From assembly GCA_963666485.2 (NCBI GenBank), contig CAXXUO010000002.1, positions 224,001 through 288,000 of the forward strand: a stretch of 64,000 nt of DNA, read 5' to 3'. Made by a program: the position numbers and the translations under genes. A model generated the notes under the pieces. The model had not been told where the DNA came from and made no database searches. It worked only from the letters and a program-made list of their open reading frames with translations. Positions 26,850 through 36,599 of the stretch are shown here, one piece after another (position 1 is the stretch's first letter; every line of letters begins with the position of its first letter). This DNA is from Syntrophorhabdaceae bacterium. GTDB taxonomy: Bacteria > Desulfobacterota > Syntrophorhabdia > Syntrophorhabdales > Syntrophorhabdaceae.

Positions 26850-27965
26850 TTACAGCTTCAATTTCAGCCCTGAATCGCTCTTCTCTTTTGAATCGCCCGG
26901 CTTCATCTCGGCCATCTTGATCTTGAGCCTCACGTCGTTCGGGCTGTCCGCATACGCGATAGCGTTATTCAGGTCGAGGACACCGGACTGGTACATGTCG
27001 AAGATATGCTGGTCGAATGTCTGCATCCCTTCGAAGTACGATTCGGCCATCGTTTCCTTGAGCATGGTTATGTCGCCCTTCAGGATGAGGTCCTTCACCC
27101 TCGGGCTGTCGAGCAGTATCTCGATCAGGGCCGCGCGTTTGCCTTCCACCGTCGGAACGAGCCTCTGGGAGATAATGGAGCGCAAATTGAGGGACAGCTG
27201 CATGTAGATCTGCAGGTGGCGCTCGATCGGGAAAAAGTTGAGGATACGCTCAATAGCCTGGTTCGCGTTGTTCGCGTGAAGCGTGGCAAGGGCCAAATGG
27301 CCTGTTTCTGCAAATGTGATGGCGTCTTCCATTGTCTCGGCGTCCCGGATCTCGCCTATGAGGATGACATCCGGCGCCTGGCGCAATGTATTCTTCAGGG
27401 CGTTGTAAAAACTCAACGTGTCGAAGCCGACCTCCCTCTGTGTGATGACACTCATCTTATGCTGGTGGACATACTCCACCGGGTCCTCGATCGTTATTAT
27501 ATGGCCCCGCTGGTTCGAATTCCGATAATCGATGAGCGCTGCGAGCGTGGTCGATTTACCGCTGCCGGTCGCGCCCACGACAAGGACAAGGCCGCGCTTG
27601 GACATGCAGATGTCCTTCATGATCGCGGGCAGGCCCCAGTCGTCGATCGTCTTGATCGTCATCTTTATCTGGCGGATGACGATCCCGACAAAACTTTTCT
27701 GCCTGAAGATGTTCACCCTGAACCTGCCGTATTCCGGCTTGTAAATGGCAAGGTTCATCTCCATTTCCTCTTCGAATTTCTTCTTCTGCTGGTCATTCAT
27801 GACGGAATATGCCAGCTCGTGCGTATCTTCCGCGGTCATGGTTTTGTCGCCATAGGGTGACACGATGCCTTCAATGCGGAACGAAGCGGGCACTCCCACG
27901 GTAAAATAAATATCCGAAGCGTCCGTATCGACCATGTACTTCAAATATTCATCAATAACGTCCAT
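26850..27965 (-). CDS. pilU: type IV pilus retraction ATPase PilU
   Basis: GATGSGKST, EDPVE, GEIRD, TLHANNANQA; follows pilT. Confidence 0.93.
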   Translation of the reverse strand: MDVIDEYLKYMVDTDASDIYFTVGVPASFRIEGIVSPYGDKTMTAEDTHELAYSVMNDQQKKKFEEEMEMNLAIYKPEYGRFRVNIFRQKSFVGIVIRQIKMTIKTIDDWGLPAIMKDICMSKRGLVLVVGATGSGKSTTLAALIDYRNSNQRGHIITIEDPVEYVHQHKMSVITQREVGFDTLSFYNALKNTLRQAPDVILIGEIRDAETMEDAITFAETGHLALATLHANNANQAIERILNFFPIERHLQIYMQLSLNLRSIISQRLVPTVEGKRAALIEILLDSPRVKDLILKGDITMLKETMAESYFEGMQTFDQHIFDMYQSGVLDLNNAIAYADSPNDVRLKIKMAEMKPGDSKEKSDSGLKLKL

Positions 27966-27968
27966 GGA

Positions 27969-29000
27969 TCACCTCATTGAGCTGAGATAGAATGAAACCT
28001 CGTCCCTGGTCACCAGGTTCTTGGCGATCAGGTCGTTGCACGCCGCTTCCATCGTCTGCATGCCGATGCCCTTGCTCGTCTGGATCATTGACGGGATCTG
28101 GGCGATCTTGTTCTCCCTGATAAGGTTCCGTACCGCCGGGGTTGCGATCATAACCTCGAACGCCGCGACCCGGCCCCTGCCGTCGCGCCTTTTGAACAAC
28201 GCCTGGGAGATGACGGCCTGCAGTGAACCGGACAGCATCGAGCGCACCTGGTTCTGTTGGCCGGCCGGGAAGACGTCGATGACCCTGTCCACCGTATCCG
28301 GCGCCGAGCTCGTATGGAGTGTTGCAAAAACAAGGTGCCCTGTTTCAGCTGCCGTCAGCGCCAGCTGAATGGTCTCGAGGTCGCGCATTTCGCCGACGAG
28401 TATGATATCGGGGTCTTCACGCAGCGCGCTCCGCAATGCATTGGCAAAACTCTTGGTATGAGGTCCGAGTTCGCGCTGGTTGACCAGGCATTTCTTGGAG
28501 AGATGGAGGAATTCTATAGGGTCCTCGACCGTCAGGATATGTTCCTTCGCCGTGTCGTTTATGTAATCGATGATAGCCGCAAGGGTGGTCGACTTACCGC
28601 TGCCGGTAGGTCCCGTGACAAGGACAAGGCCTTTCTCGAGGTTTGCGATATCCTTGAACACCTTGGGAAGGTTAAGTTCGTCGAAGCTCGGTATCTTGGT
28701 TGGAATTGTCCTGAAAACCGCGGATTCACCCCGGTGCTGCTTGAAGACGTTGACCCTGAAACGGGCAATTTCCCCGAGACCGAAAGAAAAGTCAAGTTCG
28801 AGGTGCTCCTCGAAGACCTTTCTCTGGAAGTCACTGAGGATATCATAGATCATGTTATGCACGTCCTCTTTATCGAGGGCGGGCAGATCGACCTTCGTCA
28901 TTTCACCATGGATCCTGATAACGGGCGGCTCACCGGCGCTTATATGCAGGTCGGACCCGCCGCTTTCAAGGGCAAAGCGCAGCAATTCGGAAATATCCAT
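27969..29000 (-). CDS. pilT: type IV pilus retraction ATPase PilT
   Basis: GPTGSGKST, LREDPD, GEMRD and AVRNLIRE motifs. Confidence 0.96.
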   Translation of the reverse strand: MDISELLRFALESGGSDLHISAGEPPVIRIHGEMTKVDLPALDKEDVHNMIYDILSDFQRKVFEEHLELDFSFGLGEIARFRVNVFKQHRGESAVFRTIPTKIPSFDELNLPKVFKDIANLEKGLVLVTGPTGSGKSTTLAAIIDYINDTAKEHILTVEDPIEFLHLSKKCLVNQRELGPHTKSFANALRSALREDPDIILVGEMRDLETIQLALTAAETGHLVFATLHTSSAPDTVDRVIDVFPAGQQNQVRSMLSGSLQAVISQALFKRRDGRGRVAAFEVMIATPAVRNLIRENKIAQIPSMIQTSKGIGMQTMEAACNDLIAKNLVTRDEVSFYLSSMR

Positions 29001-29009
29001 TATTACCTC

Positions 29010-29528
29010 CTATCCTTCTAAAGATTCGATATCTTTATATGTCGGCAGATCTTCGATGCTTTTTAACCCGAACACTTCAAGGAACCTCGCCGTGGTCCTG
29101 AATGCCATCTTTTTCCCGGCGTCACCGTTGCGGCCCGCGATATCGATGAGCCTTTTCTCGAGCAGGTGCTTGATCGCCCGCGCCGAATCGACACCGCGCA
29201 CCGCGTCGATGTCCTTCTTGGTGACCGGCTGCTTGTACGCGATGATAGAGAGCGTCTCGAGCATGGGCCGGGACAGTGCCACATCCTTCTCTTTCACGAA
29301 GCGCTTGACGATCTCCCGGTAATCCACCTTGGTCCTCATCTGGTACCCGCCCGCAACCTCGGCCACCTCGACCGAACGGTCCGGGCCGGAATAATCCCTG
29401 ATGAGGACCCTGAAGGCCTCATCAATGTCCCCGATGGGGAACTCTTCAAGGCGCCGGGCGACCTGTTTCGACGTCACGGGCCTCGATGAGGAAAAAAGGA
29501 CGGCTTCCAGTATGGTCTTCAGTTCCAT
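29010..29528 (-). CDS. scpB: SMC-Scp complex subunit ScpB
   Basis: LEAVLF, ETLSIIAYKQPVT...RGV, TTARFLEVFGL..DLP. Confidence 0.93.
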   Translation of the reverse strand: MELKTILEAVLFSSSRPVTSKQVARRLEEFPIGDIDEAFRVLIRDYSGPDRSVEVAEVAGGYQMRTKVDYREIVKRFVKEKDVALSRPMLETLSIIAYKQPVTKKDIDAVRGVDSARAIKHLLEKRLIDIAGRNGDAGKKMAFRTTARFLEVFGLKSIEDLPTYKDIESLEG

Positions 29529-30448
29529 TACGATAAAAAACCTGCGATCATGTCAAAAATCCTGTCAGTATCCCCCGGATAGTTGAACCATCGTATATCT
29601 TTTTCTTTAGCGAACCAGGTAAACTGCCGCTTGGCATAATGTCGTGTATTTTTCTGTATATCTTTTATCATATCTTCATAATCAATGGAACCATTAAGAT
29701 ACAGGAGCACCTCCCGGTACCCGATGCTCGAAAAAGGCTTTTCTTTTCCGTTATATCCCCGCGCAAGGATCGATCTCGCTTCACCGACGAGGCCGTCGTC
29801 GAGCATCTTTCTGACCCGTGTATCTATCCTCCTGTAGAGCTCGTCGCGGGGCGCCGTAAGCCCGATCATGCACAGGTCATACCGCGGCTCGCGAAAACCG
29901 TGTTCTTTCTCGAGAGCGCTCATCGGCTTTCCTTCAAGGAGATAGATCTCCATCGCGCGGACGCTCCTGACGCGGTCCTTGAAACTTATCCGCAGGGCAT
30001 ATTCGCTGTCGACGCCTTTCAGTTTTTCGTAAAATGCGATGGGGTCGCGGGCGTATTCGGCGTTGAGGTCTTCACGGAGCTTTCCATCCCTTTTCGCCGG
30101 GAACAACCCGTAAAAAAGTGCCCTGAGGTAAAGCCCGGTGCCCCCGACGACAACAGGCAGCCTTCCCCGCGATGCGATCTGCCTTATCGCTTCGTCCGCC
30201 AGTGACCGGAACCGGGCGGCGTTGAATTCCTCGTCCGGGTCGATGATGTTGACGAGATGATGGGGAAGTTCTTCAAGGGTATCGGGGGAGGGCTTGGCCG
30301 TCCCTATGTCGAAATAACGGTACACCTGCATCGAGTCGGCGTTCACGATCTCGCCGCCGAATCTTTTCCCTGCGCTCAGTGCGAGGTCCGACTTGCCGGT
30401 GCACGTCGGCCCGCCGATCGCGAGGACCCTGATCTTGTTTGATAACAT
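29528..30448 (-). CDS. miaA: tRNA dimethylallyltransferase
   Basis: GPTCTGKS, DSMQVY, DIGTAKP, GGTGLY and YAKRQFTW motifs; probable start 30448. Confidence 0.96.
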   Translation of the reverse strand: MLSNKIRVLAIGGPTCTGKSDLALSAGKRFGGEIVNADSMQVYRYFDIGTAKPSPDTLEELPHHLVNIIDPDEEFNAARFRSLADEAIRQIASRGRLPVVVGGTGLYLRALFYGLFPAKRDGKLREDLNAEYARDPIAFYEKLKGVDSEYALRISFKDRVRSVRAMEIYLLEGKPMSALEKEHGFREPRYDLCMIGLTAPRDELYRRIDTRVRKMLDDGLVGEARSILARGYNGKEKPFSSIGYREVLLYLNGSIDYEDMIKDIQKNTRHYAKRQFTWFAKEKDIRWFNYPGDTDRIFDMIAGFLS

Positions 30449-30476
30449 ATGTGATATACAGTATAATAAGCCCCGG

Positions 30477-32345
30477 ATGTATTCAAGGATTATCAAAATA
30501 GCGATAATACTGATCACCCTTCCGATGATCTTCGGTGTCGGGCTCGGTTACGGCCTTGTAAATTACCTCGAGATCCCCGACGTAAAGCAGCTCGAAAGCT
30601 ACCGCCCGAAATCCTCCACCCGGCTTTACTCGGACGACGGGACCCTGTTTGCGGAGCTGTATGTCGAGAAGAGGGTCCCTATCCCTCTCACCGAGATGCC
30701 GAAACACCTGCGCCTCGCCTTTATCGCGATCGAGGACGTCCGTTTCTACAGCCATTTCGGGGTCGACATGCGCGGCATCGGACGGGCATTTTTTCGCAAC
30801 CTGATGAAGAAGGGCATCTCGGAGGGGGCATCGACCATTACCCAGCAGCTCGCGCGCAACCTCTACCTGACGCCCCAGAAGACGTACAAGAGGAAGATCG
30901 AGGAGGCCATCCTCGCCATACAGATAGAGCGGACATATTCCAAGGATGAGATCCTCAACATGTACCTGAACCTCATCTACCTCGGTGAGGGGGCCCATGG
31001 CGTGGAGGCTGCCGCGTACACCTATTTCCATAAGAAGGCAAAAGACCTGAACCTCGAAGAGTCCGCCATGCTTGCCGCGCTCACCAAGTCGCCCTCTCGG
31101 CTGTCTCCTTACAAGAACGCGGCCCGGACCGTGGAGCGCCGCAATCTCGTCCTGAAGAAGATGTACGAGGCCGGTTTCATCGACAAGACCAGCTATGCGA
31201 AGGCCGTCCAGACAACGCTGGCCATAGCGCCCTTCAAGACATATGAGAAAAAGACAGGATATTTCACCGAGTATGTAAAGCAGGTGCTCGAGGAATACGT
31301 AGAACATGCACAGGAAGTCTTTACAAGCGGTTTCAACGTCAAGACGACAATGAACATGAAGATGGTCGATTACGCCTACGAAGCGATCGAGAAGGGAATG
31401 GAGGCGTACAAAAAACGTCATCCCGGCGTCCAGGAAACACCCGAGGTCGCGCTTGTCGCGATCGAAGTGAAGACCGGAGAGCTCAAGGTCATCGTGGGCG
31501 GCAAGGATTTTTCGCAGTCACCGTACAACCGCGCGGTCCAGGCGAAACGGCAGCCCGGGTCCTCTTTCAAACCGATCATATACCTGGCTGCCCTCGAGCA
31601 GGGGTTCACCCCGGACAGCATATTGAGGGATTCACCCCTGTCATACACGAACCCGTACACGGGTGTCGGGTGGAACCCCAAGAATTACAGGAACGAATAC
31701 CACGGCGACGTGACGCTGAGGAAGGCCCTCGAGCTGTCCCTCAATACCGCGACGATCCGGCTTCTTGAGAGCGTCGGGCTCGAGAACGTCATAGACATGG
31801 CGAAGCAGCTCCATATAACGAGCAAGTTCGAGCCGAACCTGTCGCTCGCCCTTGGAACGACCGAGATAGCCCCCATAGAGCTCGCGAACGCCTACGCCAC
31901 GTTCGCCCGCGGCGGCGCCTATATCCAGCCCATATCGGTCCGGGCGATCACGACAATGGACGGCGAGGCCCGCTACCGCGAGGAAGCGGTCGAAGAACCC
32001 ATCGTAACGCCCGAGATAGCCTATACCCTTGTCGATGTCATGAAGGGCGTCATCAAGCACGGCACAGCGCGTGCTGCCGCAAAGATGCCCTATTATCTCG
32101 CCGGGAAGACCGGGACCACGGATGATTTCCGGGACGCCTGGTTCATCGGCTTTTCACCGAACCTCCTGTGCGCGGTCTGGATAGGCTACGACAAGAAAAC
32201 GAACCTCGGGGCCAAAGAGGCCGGCGGCACCGCGGCCCTGCCCATATGGATCGATTTCATGACAAAGGCCCTGCCCATGTACCCCAACATCGACTTCCCT
32301 CCGCCAAAGGTGGACATAGAACCGAAAAGCAATGTGGGTAAATAG
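30477..32345 (+). CDS. class A penicillin-binding protein (PBP1A family)
   Basis: EDVRF, GASTITQQL, RKIEE; transpeptidase SSFK, SLN and KTG motifs. Confidence 0.95.
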   Translation: MYSRIIKIAIILITLPMIFGVGLGYGLVNYLEIPDVKQLESYRPKSSTRLYSDDGTLFAELYVEKRVPIPLTEMPKHLRLAFIAIEDVRFYSHFGVDMRGIGRAFFRNLMKKGISEGASTITQQLARNLYLTPQKTYKRKIEEAILAIQIERTYSKDEILNMYLNLIYLGEGAHGVEAAAYTYFHKKAKDLNLEESAMLAALTKSPSRLSPYKNAARTVERRNLVLKKMYEAGFIDKTSYAKAVQTTLAIAPFKTYEKKTGYFTEYVKQVLEEYVEHAQEVFTSGFNVKTTMNMKMVDYAYEAIEKGMEAYKKRHPGVQETPEVALVAIEVKTGELKVIVGGKDFSQSPYNRAVQAKRQPGSSFKPIIYLAALEQGFTPDSILRDSPLSYTNPYTGVGWNPKNYRNEYHGDVTLRKALELSLNTATIRLLESVGLENVIDMAKQLHITSKFEPNLSLALGTTEIAPIELANAYATFARGGAYIQPISVRAITTMDGEARYREEAVEEPIVTPEIAYTLVDVMKGVIKHGTARAAAKMPYYLAGKTGTTDDFRDAWFIGFSPNLLCAVWIGYDKKTNLGAKEAGGTAALPIWIDFMTKALPMYPNIDFPPPKVDIEPKSNVGK

Positions 32346-32740
32346 TTAATAGGTAACGGGTAACGGTTGTAAACGAAAATTATAACATCATACCCGTCGT
32401 CATTCCCGCGAAGCGGGAATCCAGCGTCTTTGCTTTTCTAATCTTTATGTTTATTAGCCTTTTTGTATATAAGGCGCTTGGCTGATCTACCAGTCCAAGA
32501 TGTCTGCACATTTCCAGATATTACCCAAAAAGAACAACTGAAAAAACACTGGATTCCCGCTTCGCGGGAATGACGGAAGTTTTATAATATAGTCTTATCG
32601 ACGACTTTGTGGCGCTTACGACTGAGAACCTGGAACCCTTACCCATTACTCCTTATCCATTACCATAACCCTTACCCCCTACGCCTTACCCATTACCTAG
32701 TACCCATCGCCCCTTGCCTATTGCCTCTCGCCCGTTTTTC
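32346..32740. repeat. intergenic element with heptamer arms enclosing a REP-like doublet
   Basis: GGTAACG arm versus TTACCCA-type arm; 27-bp perfect IR CGTCATTCCCGCGAAGCGGGAATCCAG (32398-32424 / 32549-32575); core homologous to 43329-43510. Confidence 0.85.
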
Positions 32741-32783
32741 GTTTATTTACATCCCCCCAATTTTGCCATATAGTATTCGAATC

Positions 32784-33692
32784 ATGGCTATCGAGATGAA
32801 GCAAAGGGTCGCCCTGTTCGCGGCCGCTTCGGCGCTTATACTCGCCGCCGGCAAGATCGCAATCGGGCATTTTTCCGGGTCCATGGCCGTCGTTTCATCG
32901 GGCGTCGACAGCCTTCTTGACGTCTTCATGTCCGCCATGAACTTTTATGCCATCAAGAAAGCGTCCGAGCCGGCCGATGAGTTGCATCAGTACGGCCACG
33001 GCAAGGCCGAGGACATAGCCGGGACCTTTCAATCGGTTGTCATCGTGGTGTCCGGGGTATACATCATCGCAAAATCGGTGCATGCGTATATCGACAAACA
33101 GCCTATCTCGTATACGTTCCTCGATTTCTTTATCATGTGCCTTTCCCTCGTGTTCAGCTTCGTTATATCGACAGCCCTCCTGTCGATCGGCAACCGCACC
33201 GGGTCGAACGCACTGCAGGCGGACGCCCTCCATTACCGCAGCGACCTGTACTCGAACTCGGGAGCGATAATCGCTATCATCCTCACCCGCTACACGGGCA
33301 TCACCGCTTTTGACCTCGTATTTGCCGTGATCGCCGGCATCATCATTCTCATCTCTGCCGTCCAGATATTCCGGAGGAGTTTTTCCGGGATCATGGATGC
33401 GCGCCTGTCGGATGAAGTGGAGCGCCAGATACGGGAGATCATCAGCGGAATGCAGTTCCCGCTCGCCGGTTTCCACAAACTCAGAACCCGCCAGGCCGGA
33501 AGCAGCAAGTACGTTGATTTTCACCTTCTTGCCTGCAGAAAACTCGACGTCGACGAGGCCCATACCCTTGCCCACAGGATAGAGAACAGGATCAGGATGT
33601 CGATCGAGGAGGTCGACGTCATCGTGCATGTGGAACCGTGCAAAGAAAGATGCGATCTTACGGAGATAACCTGTGTTTTCAAGAAACGATAG
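32784..33692 (+). CDS. cation diffusion facilitator (CDF) family metal transporter
   Basis: DSLLD, HQYGHGKAE, ADALHYRSD and VIVHVEP motifs; probable start 32784. Confidence 0.93.
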   Translation: MAIEMKQRVALFAAASALILAAGKIAIGHFSGSMAVVSSGVDSLLDVFMSAMNFYAIKKASEPADELHQYGHGKAEDIAGTFQSVVIVVSGVYIIAKSVHAYIDKQPISYTFLDFFIMCLSLVFSFVISTALLSIGNRTGSNALQADALHYRSDLYSNSGAIIAIILTRYTGITAFDLVFAVIAGIIILISAVQIFRRSFSGIMDARLSDEVERQIREIISGMQFPLAGFHKLRTRQAGSSKYVDFHLLACRKLDVDEAHTLAHRIENRIRMSIEEVDVIVHVEPCKERCDLTEITCVFKKR

Positions 33693-34380
33693 CCCCTCAG
33701 CGGCGCGAGTTGCCGGATGGAAAGCCGTACTGCTGGTTTTCCTCCTATTCCTGTCGGGGTGCGCAACCCAGCAGAAAGCTCAGTATGTCAAGCAGCAGGC
33801 CAACCCGCAGATGTACCAGCGTGTCGACCACATTCTTGCCCGGTCCCGGGCCGTTATCAATCCCTATCCCATCTACCGTTTCCAGTTTGCCGTTGTTAAA
33901 GACGATACGCCGAACGCCTGGGTAAATACGCAAAAAGGGATCCTCGTCGTGTCAACCGGCCTCTTGTCGATGTTCGACGACAACGAACTGTCCCTGATAC
34001 TCCTTCACGAAAATGCGCATGTCAAGTATGACCATGCCGCGAAGAACGCCCTTCTTTCCGACGTCACGTCCGCGGCATTCACGATAGGCGGCCTCTTCGT
34101 CCCGGGCGTCGGCTACGGTAATCTCCTCGTCAATCCCCTCGTCACAAGCGGCTACAGCCGGTCGCAGGAACTCGAGGCGGACAGGGATGTGGTGAACCAG
34201 TGCTACCTCATGGGCCTCAACCCGGACCAGTACGTTGCCGCCCTCGAAAAATTAAAGCAATACGCCGCGAGAAAAGGTGAGAGCTCCAACACGACCGGAC
34301 TTTTCGACACCCACCCCAACCTGCAATACAGGATAGACACGATCAACAGGATGACAGGAAGAAAGACAGGCGGGCAATAG
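33673..34380 (+). CDS. M48-family metallopeptidase lipoprotein
   Basis: LSGC lipobox, PNAW, HENAH (HExxH), SRSQELEAD and THP; start uncertain. Confidence 0.88.
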   Translation: MFSRNDSPSAARVAGWKAVLLVFLLFLSGCATQQKAQYVKQQANPQMYQRVDHILARSRAVINPYPIYRFQFAVVKDDTPNAWVNTQKGILVVSTGLLSMFDDNELSLILLHENAHVKYDHAAKNALLSDVTSAAFTIGGLFVPGVGYGNLLVNPLVTSGYSRSQELEADRDVVNQCYLMGLNPDQYVAALEKLKQYAARKGESSNTTGLFDTHPNLQYRIDTINRMTGRKTGGQ

Positions 34381-34872
34381 GCTATAGGCAATAGGGCATT
34401 AAATTGCACTGGTCAGGATAAACGTTGACAACTACAGACTCATAAATGAAGAGTCACGGTCTTCCGGTTAAGATTGTTTCAGTGTAAGACACTCCAATCG
34501 CAGAGGGATATCAACTGCCACTCATTCATTGTCAAACCTTCCGGAAAAATGTGAGGGACGTCCTTAAGAAAGTAAGAAACTCCTCAAACAACTAAACGGA
34601 CCGCCCTGTCGTTATTATCCCCGGACCGGGTAATTCTAAGTTACTTACTTTCTTAAGGACGTCCCCTTTGCCTTTACTGTCGTTATTATCCCCGGACCGG
34701 GTAATTCTAAGTTACTTACTTTCTTAAGGACGTCCCCTTTGCCTTTACAGTAAAGACAGGCGGGCGATGGGCGATGGGCGATAGGCAATAGGCGATGGGG
34801 CATTAAATGCCGGCATTGTTCCCGGTTTTCCCATCGCCCATCGCCCATCGCCCATCGCCCATCGCCTGTTTT
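34362..34872. repeat. composite intergenic element: (GGCGATG/GGCAATA)n...(CCCATCG)n arms, second copy of the ~280-bp repeat, 71-bp tandem duplication
   Basis: 34405-34751 matches 24802-25080; 34606-34676 is repeated at 34677-34747; the left arm occurs on both sides of the insert. Confidence 0.85.
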
Positions 34873-34960
34873 ATTTCTCCCTAATATCAATTACTTACAA
34901 CCATCTTCTCATTGACAACCCCCTGACCTGACATTATAGACAGCTTAAGGTCTCACCGCC

Positions 34961-36553
34961 GTGTACTGCACGTTTGCCGGCGCCGGACACTTCTATAATG
35001 CGGGTGAAAATATTTCTATCCTGGAGAAAACATTTCTCTGGTTTTTTGCCGCCCTCGCACTGGCAGGATGCATCAAGGTGGGACCGGACTTTACCCGCCC
35101 GGATGCCCCGGTATCGGCTGGATGGCTGGAATCGGGCGACAACAGGATATCAGGAGCGGCGGTCGATTATCGTGCGTGGTGGCACGTCTTCAACGATCCC
35201 TCCCTCAACACCATCATTGACCTCGCCTACCGGCGTAATCTTACCCTCAAGGCCGCGGCGCTTCGCGTTATCGAGGCCCGGGCCCAGCTCGGCATATCGA
35301 TCGGGATGTTGTTCCCGCAGGACCAGCGCCTTATCGGCTCCTACCAGTTCAACCGGGTCAGCGAACGGGCCTTCCAGGCGGGCGCCCTTGCCCACCAGAG
35401 ATACGACCAGGCCGAGGTGGGCGTCACCGCCTCCTGGGAGATTGATTTCTGGGGCAAGTACAGGCGGAACATCGAATCCGCCAAAGACCAGTGGAAGGCA
35501 AGCCTCGCAGACTATGACAACGCGCTCGTGAGCCTCACCGCCGATGCGGCCACGTTCTATATCGCTATACGAACACTTGAAAAACGGATCGATGTCGCCC
35601 TGCAGAGCCTCGAGACACAGAAGGAGGGCCTCACCATAGCCGAGGCGCGCTACAACGCGGGTACCACGTCTTTGCGCGACGTAGAGCAGGCGCGGACCCA
35701 GCTCATGGATACGCAGGCCGCCATTCCCGTGCTGCAAAGCCAGCTCAGGCAGGCAAAGAATGCCTTGAGCGTGCTTTTGGGATCTCCCCCCGGCGACCTT
35801 GCAGACCTTCTTTCGGGTGCGTCCGGCATCCCGGCCCCGCCGCCGGAGGTGCCGCTCGGCATCCCTGCCGATCTCCTCAGGCGCCGCCCGGACATCCGCA
35901 GCGCCGAATACCAGGCCGCAAGCCAGAGCGCCAGGATCGGGGTCGCGAAGGCCGATCTTCTCCCGGCTTTTTCCCTGACGGGCATCTTCGAATTCGTTGC
36001 GACGGACGTCGGGAACGCCTCGACCGGTGACGTTTTCCAGTGGGGCAGCCGGCAATACACATGGGGGCCCGCGGGGGACTGGAAGGTCCTGAACTATGGA
36101 AGGCTCCTGAACGCAGTGCGTGTCGAAGACGCGAGATTCGAGCAGCTGGTCACCGCATACCAGAATACGGTCCTCAAAGCCCAGCAGGAGGTCGAAGACG
36201 CAGTCGCGGGGTTCTTAAGGTCACAGGAGCGGGCTGAATTCCTTGCCCGGAGCGTCGCATCGTCGAAGGTCTCGCTGGATATCGCCCATGCACAATACCG
36301 TGAGGGGGTCGCCGATTACACCACCGTCCTCGTTGCGCAGCAGGCGCTGCTCACCGGGCAGGACAACCTCGCAAGCACGCTCGGGGACGTTTCCCGCTAT
36401 CTGACCGCCGTCTACAGGGCCCTTGGCGGAGGCTGGCAAATACGGGAGAACTCGGACCTCGTGCCGGGGGACACAAAGGCTGCCATGGCAAAGCGAACCT
36501 ATTGGGGGGACCTCCTGGAGCCGGCAGTATACGTACCGCGCGACGGCCCCTGA
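34961..36553 (+). CDS. efflux outer-membrane factor lipoprotein (NodT/TolC family)
   Basis: LAGC lipobox, SWEIDFWG, PADLLRRRPDIR and YRALGGGW; exact start uncertain. Confidence 0.93.
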   Translation: MYCTFAGAGHFYNAGENISILEKTFLWFFAALALAGCIKVGPDFTRPDAPVSAGWLESGDNRISGAAVDYRAWWHVFNDPSLNTIIDLAYRRNLTLKAAALRVIEARAQLGISIGMLFPQDQRLIGSYQFNRVSERAFQAGALAHQRYDQAEVGVTASWEIDFWGKYRRNIESAKDQWKASLADYDNALVSLTADAATFYIAIRTLEKRIDVALQSLETQKEGLTIAEARYNAGTTSLRDVEQARTQLMDTQAAIPVLQSQLRQAKNALSVLLGSPPGDLADLLSGASGIPAPPPEVPLGIPADLLRRRPDIRSAEYQAASQSARIGVAKADLLPAFSLTGIFEFVATDVGNASTGDVFQWGSRQYTWGPAGDWKVLNYGRLLNAVRVEDARFEQLVTAYQNTVLKAQQEVEDAVAGFLRSQERAEFLARSVASSKVSLDIAHAQYREGVADYTTVLVAQQALLTGQDNLASTLGDVSRYLTAVYRALGGGWQIRENSDLVPGDTKAAMAKRTYWGDLLEPAVYVPRDGP

Positions 36554-36599
36554 CATTTGCCGCGGCGTGCTGCCGAAATATAGATCAAAGGCAGGAACA

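Noticed and set aside
29010..29528. scpB without adjacent scpA
   Set aside because: Split scpA/scpB arrangements are unremarkable and scpA may lie outside the window.
32607..32783. N-terminal extension of the CDF ORF, and similar extensions for miaA, PBP1A, the DUF4384-like gene and the MFP
   Set aside because: They translate repeat or promoter DNA or overlap neighbouring genes; downstream starts fit the families better.
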